Shown here one piece after another: positions 36,759 through 46,832 of a stretch of DNA of 53,491 bases; positions within the stretch are counted from its first letter, which is position 1, and each line of letters starts with the position of its first letter. This stretch comes from Salinigranum sp. (GTDB lineage: Archaea; Halobacteriota; Halobacteria; Halobacteriales; Haloferacaceae). The translations under genes and the position numbers were made by a program. The notes under the pieces were generated by a model. That model was not told the origin of the DNA, did no database searches, and worked only from the letters and a program-made list of their open reading frames with translations. The stretch lies in contig JBEPYA010000001.1 of assembly GCA_041641615.1 (NCBI GenBank), positions 1 to 53,491 of the forward strand, in the 5' to 3' direction.

Positions 36759-37592
36759 TCATCCCAGCGAAATGTCGAGGTACAGCATCACGACCGCGCC
36801 GGCGATACTCCCCAGCGTGGCGACGCGCTCGTGCCCTCCCGTGTGGGTCTCGGGGACGATCTCGTCCATGATGACGAACAGCATTGCGCCGGCGGCGAAG
36901 CCCATCGCGTAGGGGAGCAAGGCCGACACGGCCTGGACGGCGTACGCGCCGAGGACGGCGAGCGGAATCTCGACGACGCCCGAGCGCACTCCGGCGAACG
37001 CGGCGTACATCCGGCGGTCGAGGCCGGCGTTGATCGCCGCGATGGAGACGGCGAGTCCTTCGGGGATGTTCTGGATGCCGATTGCGAGCATGAGCGCGAT
37101 GGCGCTGCCGATGTCGCCGGAGCCGAAGCCGACACCGACGGCGAGCCCCTCGGGCATGTTGTGCAGCGTGATGGCGAGGATGAACAGCACGACGCCGGCG
37201 ACGCGCTCGTCGGCGATGGTCCCCTCCAGATCGCTGTCGGGAGCGTTCGCGTCCCGCCGCCGCCTCCCCGAGAGGAGGTAGTGCGCGTGCGGGACGAGCC
37301 CGTCGGAGCGGTCGAGAAAGAGCGCCCCGAGCACGATGCCCACCAGGACGGGGATGGGGTTGCCGTTCGAGTACGTCTCGATCCCGGGGATGATGAGGCT
37401 GGTGAACGCCGCCGCGAGCATCACGCCGGCGGCGAAGCCGAGCATCGTATCCAGCGCCCGCTCGGTGGGGTTTCGCCAGACGAGGACGAGCGACGCGCCG
37501 AAGAGGTTCAGGCCGGCGATGACGAGGCCGCCTATCAGGCCGTGGACGACCCGGTTCGTGCCGAACGTCTCGACGAACTGGTCGGCTACCAC
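36759..37592 (-). CDS. ZIP-family metal transporter (GufA/ZupT-like)
   Basis: FAAGVML, LHNMPEG, IQNIPEG and DEIVPE motifs. Confidence 0.93.
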   Translation of the reverse strand: MVADQFVETFGTNRVVHGLIGGLVIAGLNLFGASLVLVWRNPTERALDTMLGFAAGVMLAAAFTSLIIPGIETYSNGNPIPVLVGIVLGALFLDRSDGLVPHAHYLLSGRRRRDANAPDSDLEGTIADERVAGVVLFILAITLHNMPEGLAVGVGFGSGDIGSAIALMLAIGIQNIPEGLAVSIAAINAGLDRRMYAAFAGVRSGVVEIPLAVLGAYAVQAVSALLPYAMGFAAGAMLFVIMDEIVPETHTGGHERVATLGSIAGAVVMLYLDISLG

Positions 37593-37790
37593 GCTGGCTG
37601 GACCTCCCTGCCCGTTCGCGTATCACGCCCCTGCGCTCCCCTCGCTGTCCGCACTCCCTGTCCTCTCGACGTTCCCCATGTCGCGCGGTGTCTTCTCGAC
37701 CGATTCCGCTGCCGGCTCATGGTTTCGTCCGTCACGACTCGCGGTCCTCTGATAAAACGTTCGCCCCGGCCCGCCGTGACGCGGCTCTTC

Positions 37791-38912
37791 TCAGTCGGCC
37801 AGCCTCGCCCCCTCGACGAACCGGTCGAGGTCCTCCCGGGTGTTGAACGCGTGAACCGAGGCTCGAACGCAGTCGATGTCCGGGATGACCCGCACCTTCA
37901 CCCCCTGGTCGTCGAGTCGTTCGACCGTCCCCTGGGGGTCGTCGACCTCGACGGTCACCAGCCCCGAGTGGAACGACGCGGGACTCAACAGCTTCTCCTC
38001 CGAAATACGGGACTTGAGGTAACCAGTGAGCTCTGCGATGTGTTCCATCCGCGTCTCGATCCCATCGTCCTGTGCGCGCTCGATGGCCTCGACGAGTCCC
38101 GCGTAGGGCGCGGGGTTCGTCGTCGCCACCTCTAGTCGCTGAGCCCCCGGTTTGTACTCGTACGCGCCCTCCTCGGCGTGTTCGACGCTTCGGTAGCCGA
38201 TCTGTCGGGGCGTGAGCCACTCCTCCGCTCCCTCGCGGACGTAGAGGAACCCGCCGCCCCACGGTCCTAACAGCCACTTGTGTCCCGCAGCGGCGACGAA
38301 GTCCGCCCCCCACGTCTCGACGTCGACGGGCCGCGCGCCGACGGCCTGGACGGCGTCGACGAGGACGCGCGCCCCCACGTCGTGAGCCATCTCGCAGACC
38401 GCTTCGACGGGGAGCCGACAGCCGTACGCCCACTCGGTCGCCGAGAGCGAGACCAGTCTCACATCCTCGTCCAGAGCGTCGGCCACGTCGTCGGGGGCTA
38501 GTGCCCCCCGAGTGGTCTCGACGACGCGGACCTCGATGCCCCGCAGGTCTGCGAGGCGACGCCACGGGAGTTCACCCGCGCTGTGTTCGACGTCCGTCGT
38601 CACGACGACGTCACCACGCTCCCACTCGCTCGCGCAGGCGATGCGGTTGATGGCGTCCGTCGTCGACTGGGTGAGCGCGATCTCCGACTCCGCCGCTCCC
38701 AGGAGCCCGGCCACGGCCGCGCGGGCCTCGTCGTACACGTCGAACGCGCACTGGTACATCCCCTCCTCGGCGGGGGAGCGGTATCCCTGATCCGTCACGC
38801 ACGACTGGACGGCCTCTGCCACCGGTCGGGGCAGCGGGGCGCTCGCGCCGGTGTTCAGGTAGACGACCTCCTCGAGAGCGGGAATCGACGCGCGGAGTTC
38901 GCTCGGATTCAT
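37791..38912 (-). CDS. Class V PLP-dependent enzyme (cysteine desulfurase fold)
   Basis: YLNTGA, DVEHSA, DAVQ, GHKW and RASVHAFN motifs; the SufS RxGHHC motif is absent. Confidence 0.88.
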   Translation of the reverse strand: MNPSELRASIPALEEVVYLNTGASAPLPRPVAEAVQSCVTDQGYRSPAEEGMYQCAFDVYDEARAAVAGLLGAAESEIALTQSTTDAINRIACASEWERGDVVVTTDVEHSAGELPWRRLADLRGIEVRVVETTRGALAPDDVADALDEDVRLVSLSATEWAYGCRLPVEAVCEMAHDVGARVLVDAVQAVGARPVDVETWGADFVAAAGHKWLLGPWGGGFLYVREGAEEWLTPRQIGYRSVEHAEEGAYEYKPGAQRLEVATTNPAPYAGLVEAIERAQDDGIETRMEHIAELTGYLKSRISEEKLLSPASFHSGLVTVEVDDPQGTVERLDDQGVKVRVIPDIDCVRASVHAFNTREDLDRFVEGARLAD

Positions 38913-39104
38913 CGCTTCGCCCGTACACACCCCGGGGTGTTCGTCGTTGCGTCTCCGGCACTCACCATCCGCCGACACGCGGTACCTACCCGCCACTCGG
39001 CGTTCGACCGGCCCGACGTCTCGTGGCGCTGTCGTTCTCGGACGGAGGTGTCAGACCGCAGAAGCCGCGTGGTTCGATGTTCGCTTCATCAGTCGGTGGT
39101 CGAC

Positions 39105-39212
39105 CTACGCGATGGCGGCCGCCGCCGCCACGTAGGACCACTTGGTCCCCGTACGGGGCTCGTGCTTCTTCGCCTCGGCGGTCGTCCGGTCGCGCTTGTG
39201 TTTCCAGTTCAT
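39105..39212 (-). CDS. 35-aa basic microprotein (not in the ORF track)
   Basis: MNWKHKRDRTTAEAKKHEPRTGTKWSYVAAAAAIA; BRE/TATA-like GAAAACTTATA about 28 nt upstream of the ATG (leaderless geometry). Confidence 0.55.
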   Translation of the reverse strand: MNWKHKRDRTTAEAKKHEPRTGTKWSYVAAAAAIA

Positions 39213-39623
39213 CGCGTATGATACAAGGATTTACTCGCGTATAAGTTTTCTTTATTTCTGACATAATGGTCACGGTCGTTCACGACGGACGACGCCGAAA
39301 ATACGGATAAAAGTGTGGAATGTAGTGACAGATGGCCTCATTCCCTCACGATTGTCTTGTTCGGAGGACACCACTCTCGGGCATCGGTCGACGCGTCCGG
39401 ACACTGTCGGCCGTCACTGTCCATCGAGGGTCCTCGCCGGAACCGCGCGAAGGTCGAGGCGGTACGAGCGCCGCCGTCGACGGTCCGGTCGGGTGACCCT
39501 ACCGCCCCGGCAGCACCCCGAAATCACGCGTTTCGACGGTTACGAGCGCCATTACAATGCCCACTTCACTCCTCTTCCGCTCCGTGACTCTCTCGTCTCT
39601 CGACCGAAAGGTGGTGACCGTCC

Positions 39624-41657
39624 GTGGCGCCTGATCTCATGGCCACGACGCGCCGCCAGGTCTCTCTCACGCCGACGTCCGTCTCGTTCCTGTACGGCCT
39701 GACCGCCCAGCGGGTGGCCGTCCTCGTGGCCGCCGTCGCCATCGCCGTCCTCTCGGGCTACATCGTCGCCACGCCGCCGGCGACGACGTACGAGCCGTCG
39801 CTCATCGAGGCGTTCCCCCTCCCCTTCTGGGTCGCCTTCGGCGTCGGCCTCGCCGCGCTCCTCGTCACGTTCGTCGGTTCCGGTGCCACGGGCAGCGGCT
39901 ACTGGAAACACGGGTTCGTCCTCCTCGCGACGCAGTACGGGCTGTTCTTCTCGCTCCCGCTCGTCCGCGGCTACTACCTCTACGGCCGCGGCCACTCCGA
40001 CTCGCTCTTCCACCTGACGGCCGTGAAGGAACTCGTCGACAGCGGACTGCTCTCGGGCCGGGTGTTCTATCCCCACGAGCACTTCCTGTTCAGCGAACTC
40101 GTCCTCGTGGGTATCCCCGTGGAGTCGCTCGTGAGTCTCGTCCCGTTCGTCTTCGCGCTCGCCTTTATCGGCGGGATCGGACTGTTCGTCCGCGAACTGA
40201 CCGGTTCGCCCGCCGGCCTTCCTCTAGGAGTCGCCGCGGGCATGCCGCTGGTCTTCTCGAAGTTCTACACCCAGCTACACCCCTCGGTGCTCTCGTTTTT
40301 CCTCTTCCCGCTCGTCTTGCTCATGCTCGAACGCGGCCGCCGGACGAACGCCCAGCGGTACGTCGCCCTCGCGACGGTGTATGGCCTCGCGATGGTGTAC
40401 TTCCACCCCGTCACTGCCATCCTGCTCGTCGTCCTCATCACGAGCACGTTCGTCTTCGGGCACGTCTACCGCTTCGTGACCAAAGAGCCGGTCCGGACGC
40501 TGCGCGCCCGACTGGCCTTCGCCATCCTCCCGGCGACGTTCATCTGGTACATCGGCTTCCCGCGCACCCAGGAGAACATCCGGGAGATCTTCGCCGCCGA
40601 GGGCGAGAGCGCCGCCGACAAGCAGGCGGACCTGCTCGCCAACACCGTCCTCAGCACGGAAGAGATCGTCATGCGCTTCGTCGAGCTGTACGGCGCCGTG
40701 TTCATCCTCTTCGCGATCGCCGGCGTCGTCTGCCTCTTGGTGCTCGTGGACCTCCTGCGGCGCCGCCCCGACTACGCCGAGAGCTACCTCGCCACCGAGT
40801 TCGTCATCGGCGCGGGCATCGCCGCCACGTTCATCGGCGTCTCGCTCGTCGCGAACGGCCCCATCCGCATCTCCCGGTACATGATCCTGATGGCGATGGT
40901 GCTCGTCGCCCTGCTGTTCGTCCGGGTGCTCTCGTGGCCCCGCGGCCTCGCCCGAACGACGGGAGCCGTCTTCCTCACCTTGCTGGTGCTGTCGTCGGCA
41001 CTCTTGGGCACCTTCACCGTCTTCGACCCGAACAAGCACATGACCCAGAGCGAACACGAGGGGGCGTTCTTCGTCCTCGAACACTCCACGGGCGACCAGC
41101 TGGTCCGCTCGCACTCGCTCACCCAGAAGACCCAGTACTACACGACCGCCGGCACCGACGTCAAACACGACCGGACGCTGATGCGCACCAACGTGAGGTA
41201 TCCGAAGTTCGCGCTCGCGCCCCACCTCGGCTACGACGAGTACGACTCCGCGTCGGTCAACATCGGGGCCGGCTACGTCGTCACCCACGAGTACGACCGC
41301 ACGTACCTCGAAACCTCCTTTTTCACCGACGAGCAGCGCGAGGCGCTGTTCCTCCACGACGAGGCGACGCTCGAACGGATGAGCCGCGACCGGACCGTCC
41401 AGAAGGTCTACTCGAACGGCGGGTTCGAGACCTGGTTGGTCCGCTGGACCGACGAGCGACCCGACCCCTCGGAGACCGACGCCGGGACCGAACCCACGGC
41501 CGGGACCGGCGCCGGCGACAAGACGACAACCGGGACCGACTCCGGCACCGAGCCGACGGTCGGCGGCGATACCGCCGAGCCCGCGGCGTCGACGTCGGCA
41601 GCGCCGGCGGCTTCGGTGGCTCCGGCGTCCCTTCACGTCCGCGGTGTGGTCGTCTGA
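39624..41657 (+). CDS. Polytopic membrane protein of a glycosylation cluster, GT-C/polymerase-like
   Basis: About 13 TM segments, SDSLFH and FYP loop, soluble C-domain ending VYSNG, low-complexity tail. Confidence 0.7.
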   Translation: MAPDLMATTRRQVSLTPTSVSFLYGLTAQRVAVLVAAVAIAVLSGYIVATPPATTYEPSLIEAFPLPFWVAFGVGLAALLVTFVGSGATGSGYWKHGFVLLATQYGLFFSLPLVRGYYLYGRGHSDSLFHLTAVKELVDSGLLSGRVFYPHEHFLFSELVLVGIPVESLVSLVPFVFALAFIGGIGLFVRELTGSPAGLPLGVAAGMPLVFSKFYTQLHPSVLSFFLFPLVLLMLERGRRTNAQRYVALATVYGLAMVYFHPVTAILLVVLITSTFVFGHVYRFVTKEPVRTLRARLAFAILPATFIWYIGFPRTQENIREIFAAEGESAADKQADLLANTVLSTEEIVMRFVELYGAVFILFAIAGVVCLLVLVDLLRRRPDYAESYLATEFVIGAGIAATFIGVSLVANGPIRISRYMILMAMVLVALLFVRVLSWPRGLARTTGAVFLTLLVLSSALLGTFTVFDPNKHMTQSEHEGAFFVLEHSTGDQLVRSHSLTQKTQYYTTAGTDVKHDRTLMRTNVRYPKFALAPHLGYDEYDSASVNIGAGYVVTHEYDRTYLETSFFTDEQREALFLHDEATLERMSRDRTVQKVYSNGGFETWLVRWTDERPDPSETDAGTEPTAGTGAGDKTTTGTDSGTEPTVGGDTAEPAASTSAAPAASVAPASLHVRGVVV

Positions 41658-42003
41658 ACCGGTCTCGTTTTCGTCGTCGCTGTCGCGTGTTGGTCGATCT
41701 GTCGGAGTAATCTACGCTACGACGTTCGTCGCGTGTGCGGGCGCGACGTTCGCGCCCGCCTGCTTGGCACCGCGATCGAATCTTCGAGAGAGACGAGACC
41801 AGGGCAGCGGGCACGGAGACCCCCGTACCCGCCGCCTGACCAGTCCGACCTCCCGGCGTCGCCGGTGTCGCGGTCGTCCGCGTCCGTGTCGCTCGTTCCG
41901 TTCCGTTTTCGGGTGTTCCGTTCGTTCCGTCCTCGGGCGCTCGCCCCGCGTCACCTTCGAGAGCGGTGACGCGCTGGACGAGCGTCCGCGACGCGTCGGC
42001 GGC

Positions 42004-43953
42004 CTAGCGCTTCGTCAGGTCGTCGAAGGAGACGGACGTGTTGTTGGCGCCGAAGCCGAGCTTTCCGCCCGTGTACGCCGTGTCCGTCGCCGAGACGCTC
42101 GCGATAGCCGTGCCGCCCTCGGCGTGTGCGCTCGCGGTGATCGTCCCGTCGTTGCCGAGCGAGAACGTCACGCGGTTCCACGACTCGGGATACTGCTCGC
42201 AGGCTTTGCTCGCGAGCGTCTCGCTGGAGCCGCCCGTGTACCGCACGATCGAGAGTTCCTTGCTCCAGCCGAAGTCGACCTCGACGCCGTACCCCGAGAG
42301 GTCGGCCTTCCCCGACGAGGCGTCGTCGACGCAGAACAACACCTGCGCGAACGTGCCGGCGAACTGCCAGACGCGTGCCTCGTACGTCGCGCCGACCTCG
42401 GTGTCGAGGCCGGTGTGCCAGACGGCGCCGTTGCTCGACGATTCGAGGTGGCCGTCGCCCGCATAGGGCCGACTCGTCGAACGCGAGAACGACCCCGTGT
42501 CGCCCGCGTACGCGGAGAGGTCGCCCTCGAAGTCCTCGAGCACGCCGCTGGGGGTCGTCGAGCCCGAGTCGGTCGAGTCCGAGTCCGTCCCCGAATCGGT
42601 CGACCCCGAATCCGAGCCGTCGGCCGACCCCGAGCCGTCGTGGGCGACGGCGGGCATCGCTTCGAGGAACGCCCCGCTCTGTGCGACACTCAGTGAGGCA
42701 CCGCGCCAGGCCGAGCCGTCGAAGTACCGGACGCCGACGGGTTCGACGTGGGAGCCGCCGTCACCGACGAGGAGCGACGCCGTCGGCGTCGGCTCCGCGG
42801 TGGTCCCGTCGGCGGGGACGGCACCGAGATCCGGTGCCTCGCCGGAGAAGTCCATGCCGACGTCGGTGCCGGCGTCGACGAGCGGGCTGTCGGCCGCCGG
42901 CCTGACGAAGTCTGGCGAGTCGGGGTCCGTCGAGAGGAACGTCGGCTTCGAGATGCCGAGGTCCCAGGAGTTGTACGCCGAGTCGACGTTCCACAGCGAA
43001 CCGACCGCCTGCTTGCCGTTGCCGAAGGACGCGCAGTTGCGCGCGTAGTGGTCGGGCTCGGTGTCGCCGGTGAAGTGGAAGCCGTACGTCCCGTTGTTCC
43101 ACGCGGTGCAGTGGTAGAACTCGTTCGTCACCGACGCACCGTTGGTGTCGAAGCCGCGAGCGGTGTTCGCCCAGGCGATACAGCGTTCGAGGACGTTGCC
43201 GCCCGTCTTCCAGCCGCCGCCGACCTTGAAGCCGTTGCCGTCGCCGACCGCGCCCTCGCCGTCCTCGCCGTTGTGGTGGGCGAGGCAGTCGATCATCGTC
43301 GAGGGACGGTCGGGGTCGTTGTCGAAGAAGTCGAACCCGTCGTCGGCATTTCGGTACGCCTCACACCGGACGAACGTGTGGCCGCCGCTCCGGCCCGCGG
43401 AGTCGGAACCGCCGATGTAGAAGCCGTCGGAGTCGCCGTCGTCGCCGCCGTGATGACAGACGACGTCGCGGACCGTGTGGCCGTACGACCGGCCGTAGAA
43501 GATGAGGCCGTTGCCGTTCCACTGAGAGGTCTTCCCGTAGTGGTGGATCTCCATGTCCTCGAACGTACACGCTCGGGAGGCCTGGCCGTCGGTGCCGTTG
43601 CACCGGATGGCGTTCTTGCCGACGTTGCGGATCTCGATGCCCCGCCACGTCATGTGCTGGACGCCCCAGAGGTCGATGCCGTGGCCGTCGTAGTTCGAGC
43701 AGTCGATGACCGGCCGCTCGTCACCGTACGCTTCGACGACGATCGGTTCGGTGGCCGTGCCTTTCGTCTGCCACCAGACGGGCTTCGACGGCGGGTAGAG
43801 CGTCCCCGTATCGCGGAGTTTGACCGTGTCCCCCGGCCCGAGGGCGTGCGACCCGTCGCTCTCGACGGGGCCGAACGTCGCGAACGCGTCGTCGAGGCTC
43901 GTCCCCGTGTTCGCGTCGCTGCCGTTGGCCGGGTCGATGTAGTATGTCGTCAT
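42004..43953 (-). CDS. Right-handed beta-helix polysaccharide lyase (PL9-like) with a C-terminal beta-sandwich
   Basis: YYIDPANGSD, DSDGF, NADDGFD and GDGNGFKVGG (catalytic Lys position); no signal peptide. Confidence 0.8.
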   Translation of the reverse strand: MTTYYIDPANGSDANTGTSLDDAFATFGPVESDGSHALGPGDTVKLRDTGTLYPPSKPVWWQTKGTATEPIVVEAYGDERPVIDCSNYDGHGIDLWGVQHMTWRGIEIRNVGKNAIRCNGTDGQASRACTFEDMEIHHYGKTSQWNGNGLIFYGRSYGHTVRDVVCHHGGDDGDSDGFYIGGSDSAGRSGGHTFVRCEAYRNADDGFDFFDNDPDRPSTMIDCLAHHNGEDGEGAVGDGNGFKVGGGWKTGGNVLERCIAWANTARGFDTNGASVTNEFYHCTAWNNGTYGFHFTGDTEPDHYARNCASFGNGKQAVGSLWNVDSAYNSWDLGISKPTFLSTDPDSPDFVRPAADSPLVDAGTDVGMDFSGEAPDLGAVPADGTTAEPTPTASLLVGDGGSHVEPVGVRYFDGSAWRGASLSVAQSGAFLEAMPAVAHDGSGSADGSDSGSTDSGTDSDSTDSGSTTPSGVLEDFEGDLSAYAGDTGSFSRSTSRPYAGDGHLESSSNGAVWHTGLDTEVGATYEARVWQFAGTFAQVLFCVDDASSGKADLSGYGVEVDFGWSKELSIVRYTGGSSETLASKACEQYPESWNRVTFSLGNDGTITASAHAEGGTAIASVSATDTAYTGGKLGFGANNTSVSFDDLTKR

Positions 43954-43960
43954 GGCCGCC

Positions 43961-44266
43961 TCAGTCCGTCTGGATCCAGATGTCTCCGTCGGTGGGGTTC
44001 GACGGTTCCGTCGACTGGACGTAGACGTCGCCGGGGAGCTTCGCCACGTCGCCGACGTGGGTCCACGCCGAGCCGTCGCCGACGTACACCTTTCTCGTAT
44101 CGGTCGCGAAGAACTTCGCGCCGGCTTTCGCCTCGTAGGTCGATCTGTTCGCGTCGACGTCGCGGATCTCGACGTCCGCGTCGAGAGTCTCGAAGTTGTT
44201 GTTCAGCGGGACGTGCCAATCGAGCGTTCCGGGCTCGGGAGTGTTGTAGTCGTGGTTCATCGTCAT
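43961..44266 (-). CDS. Small tail-fibre-like adaptor protein
   Basis: NHDYNTP...DWHVPLNNNF, ATDTRKVYVGDGSAW and VQSTEPSNPTDGDIWIQT. Confidence 0.7.
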   Translation of the reverse strand: MTMNHDYNTPEPGTLDWHVPLNNNFETLDADVEIRDVDANRSTYEAKAGAKFFATDTRKVYVGDGSAWTHVGDVAKLPGDVYVQSTEPSNPTDGDIWIQTD

Positions 44267-44350
44267 GGTCTCGTACTGTGTGTCGTTGTGGTTCGCGTGC
44301 CTTCGTGCGATTCGTGGTTCGGGTGTGTCGTTGTGGGTTCGTCGACGCTC

Positions 44351-45169
44351 CTACGAGGAGACGCCGCCGTAGCCGTGCTCGCCGTAGCCCTGTTCCCCGA
44401 ACTCGTCCTCCACTGGCGTAGGCGTCGGAGAGGGGGTGGGGGTCGGCGTGGCCGTCGGCTCCGGCGTGGGTGTCGCGGTGGGTTCCGGCGTAGCCGTCGG
44501 TTCCGGCGTGGGAGTCGCGGTGGGCTCCGGCGTGGGGGTCGCCGTCGGCGTCGGTGTCTCCGTGACTGTCACCGCGTCTCCAGCCGTTACGTCGAGCGTG
44601 TAGTCGCCGCTGCCGTCCTGGATGTCGACGACCTGCGCGTAGTAGGTCGCCGACGTCGGCGCTTCGTCGAGGTCGACCTGCGCGGGGACGTCGCTGCCCG
44701 TGTAGCGCAGGTCGACGTAGTCACCCTCCGGCCCGTAGAGGATGAGCGCAGTGATTCCGTACTTCGACTGCCGGTCGAGTTCGAGGACGACGCGGTCGCC
44801 CTCGGTCGCGCTGAAGGCGTACCAGTCGACCTCTGCGGGGGAGAGGGACGCGGTGACGGAGCTGCCGACCGCCACCGGCTGCGCCGTCGCCTGCGTGTCG
44901 TTCGGTTCGGCCTCGGTCGTCACGCTGAGCTGTGCCAGCGAGTCGTTCGAGAGCGCGTTGATCGTCTGTGAGCCGTGCTGTTTGACGACCGGTTGGCCAC
45001 CGTAGCCGTGGACCGTCAGGGCCGCCCCTTCCGGGACGGACGTCCCCGCGTCGTGACCGACGAGCGCGGCGGTCGCGGCGATCGCCGTCCCGCTCATCTT
45101 GAGGTACGAGCGGCGGCTGAGCCGAACGCGTTCGGTTCGTTCCGAGTTTCGTTGCGTGTCGCGTGCCAT
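44351..45169 (-). CDS. Tat-exported protein with a PPC-like domain, PT repeats and a GYG tail
   Basis: SRRSYLK, EVDWYAF...[15 protein letters not shown] repeats and C-terminal [14 protein letters not shown]. Confidence 0.8.
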   Translation of the reverse strand: MARDTQRNSERTERVRLSRRSYLKMSGTAIAATAALVGHDAGTSVPEGAALTVHGYGGQPVVKQHGSQTINALSNDSLAQLSVTTEAEPNDTQATAQPVAVGSSVTASLSPAEVDWYAFSATEGDRVVLELDRQSKYGITALILYGPEGDYVDLRYTGSDVPAQVDLDEAPTSATYYAQVVDIQDGSGDYTLDVTAGDAVTVTETPTPTATPTPEPTATPTPEPTATPEPTATPTPEPTATPTPTPSPTPTPVEDEFGEQGYGEHGYGGVSS

Positions 45170-45467
45170 CGCAATCGATTATGAGAAGCTTAATTACATA
45201 AAGTTATTGCCGACAAAATATTCTGGAATTTTTGAATATCATTAAAGTATGAATATCAGATAAGGCTAGTGTAGCCCCGATGACATCGGTGGAGTGATGC
45301 GATTTCTGGCTCGGTTTGCCTGGATAATACCCTACTAATGAACTCTGAACCAATTGAAATTTATTTTTTCTTATATTTCCACCTCGGTGGAGACGCACCG
45401 TGGTTATCTATATTGATTTTGAAAGTGGGGGCGTCCTACTGCCGACCGACTCCGTCCGCTCGCGACC

Positions 45468-46691
45468 TCACTCGACCAGGACCGACTCGTAGAACGCCTC
45501 GAAGTTCCCGACCATCCGTTCGAGCGAGAACCGTTCGGTCGCGTCCCGCTGTGCGGCGCGTCCGAGCGCCGCCGCCCGCTCGGGGTCGTCGAGCAAATCG
45601 ACGACCGCCCGCGCGACCACGCTCGGCGCGTGGGTCGGTACGACCAGTGCCGTCTCGCCGTCCGTGACGAGTTCCCGGTTCTCGATGATATCCGTCGAGA
45701 CGATGGGCGTGCCGGCCGCCATCGCCTCCAAGAGCGCTCCCGAGAGCCCCTCGCTGTACGAGGTGAAGACGAAGACGTCGAGCGCGGCGAGCACCTGGGG
45801 GATGTCGTCGCGGTTCCCGGCGAAGTGGATCCGGTCCCCGACGCCGAGGGACGCGGCCTGTTCCCCGAGCGCTTCGCGTTCGGGGCCGTCGCCGACGAAC
45901 ACGAGGTGGGCGTCCGGGTGTGACTCCTGGACCTGGGGCCACGCGTCGACGAGGTCGACCTGTCCCTTCTTCGGGACGAGACGGCTCACCATGCCGACGA
46001 GCGGGGCGTCGGCGGGGACGGCGAACTCCTCGTGGAGCGGTGCCGGTTCGGCGTCGACGAACGCGTCGAGGTTCCGCCCGTTGTGGACGACGTCGACGCG
46101 ATCGGGCTTCGCGCCGCGTTTCACGTACGTTTCGGCCCCGGACGTGGAGTTCGAGACGATGTAGTCCGACAGCGGGATGAGCAGCCGGTCGACCGCCTTC
46201 ACGACCGGGTTCGTCCGGTTCTGGAGGCCGCGTGCGCCCGTCACGACGGTCGTCCCCGGGGAGAACACGCCGGCGATGCGGGCGACGGTGTTGTCCAGGA
46301 AGAGGAACGACTGGATCACGTCGGGTCGCTCCCGACGGACCGCGCGGATGAACCGAAGCGGCACACGGACGTAGTCGAGCGGGTTCGTGGCCCCGCCGAC
46401 GAACGTGTCGTCGTCGCGTGCATTCTTCATCCCGAGGGTCCGGATCGGCACGGCGGGGTCGACGTCGGGCGCGAGGAGGTTGTCGTCGAACATCGTCCAG
46501 ACGGTCACGTCGTACCGCTCGCGGTCGACGTTGTTGACGAGGTCGACGAGCGTCCGCTCGGCGCCGCCCACCGCGAGTGCACCGATGAAGTACCAGAGGG
46601 TGATCCGCTCTTTCCCCCCGGGGCTCTCGGTTTCGCCCCCGTTCTCGACGTGGCCACCGTCCCGCTCGATGTGGTGTGTCTGGTGTCCCAT
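45468..46691 (-). CDS. GT4 glycosyltransferase
   Basis: GGAER, SRLVPKKG and SYSEGLSGALLEAMA motifs. Confidence 0.93.
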   Translation of the reverse strand: MGHQTHHIERDGGHVENGGETESPGGKERITLWYFIGALAVGGAERTLVDLVNNVDRERYDVTVWTMFDDNLLAPDVDPAVPIRTLGMKNARDDDTFVGGATNPLDYVRVPLRFIRAVRRERPDVIQSFLFLDNTVARIAGVFSPGTTVVTGARGLQNRTNPVVKAVDRLLIPLSDYIVSNSTSGAETYVKRGAKPDRVDVVHNGRNLDAFVDAEPAPLHEEFAVPADAPLVGMVSRLVPKKGQVDLVDAWPQVQESHPDAHLVFVGDGPEREALGEQAASLGVGDRIHFAGNRDDIPQVLAALDVFVFTSYSEGLSGALLEAMAAGTPIVSTDIIENRELVTDGETALVVPTHAPSVVARAVVDLLDDPERAAALGRAAQRDATERFSLERMVGNFEAFYESVLVE

Positions 46692-46832
46692 TTACTGCTC
46701 TTCACGTCGGCCTTCCGTCGGTTAGTTATTCCACACGTACTCGGGCGTGAACTGGCCCCCAGCGTGCGGGTAGGAGGCTGCTAACGGCCGATACGGCCGA
46801 CCTTACAATGTGGTCTGCTCGCCTCATCAGGA

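Noticed and set aside
37791-38912. Calling the PLP enzyme sufS/iscS
   Set aside because: The catalytic-Cys loop motif is absent, so no symbol was assigned.
44420-44560. Tandem DNA repeats
   Set aside because: Explained by the coding Pro/Thr linker (TPTPEPTA).
39550-46810. Shared TTACAATG upstream of two glycosylation genes (39552 and 46803)
   Set aside because: Only two 8-bp copies at different distances from the starts; could be TATA variants or chance.
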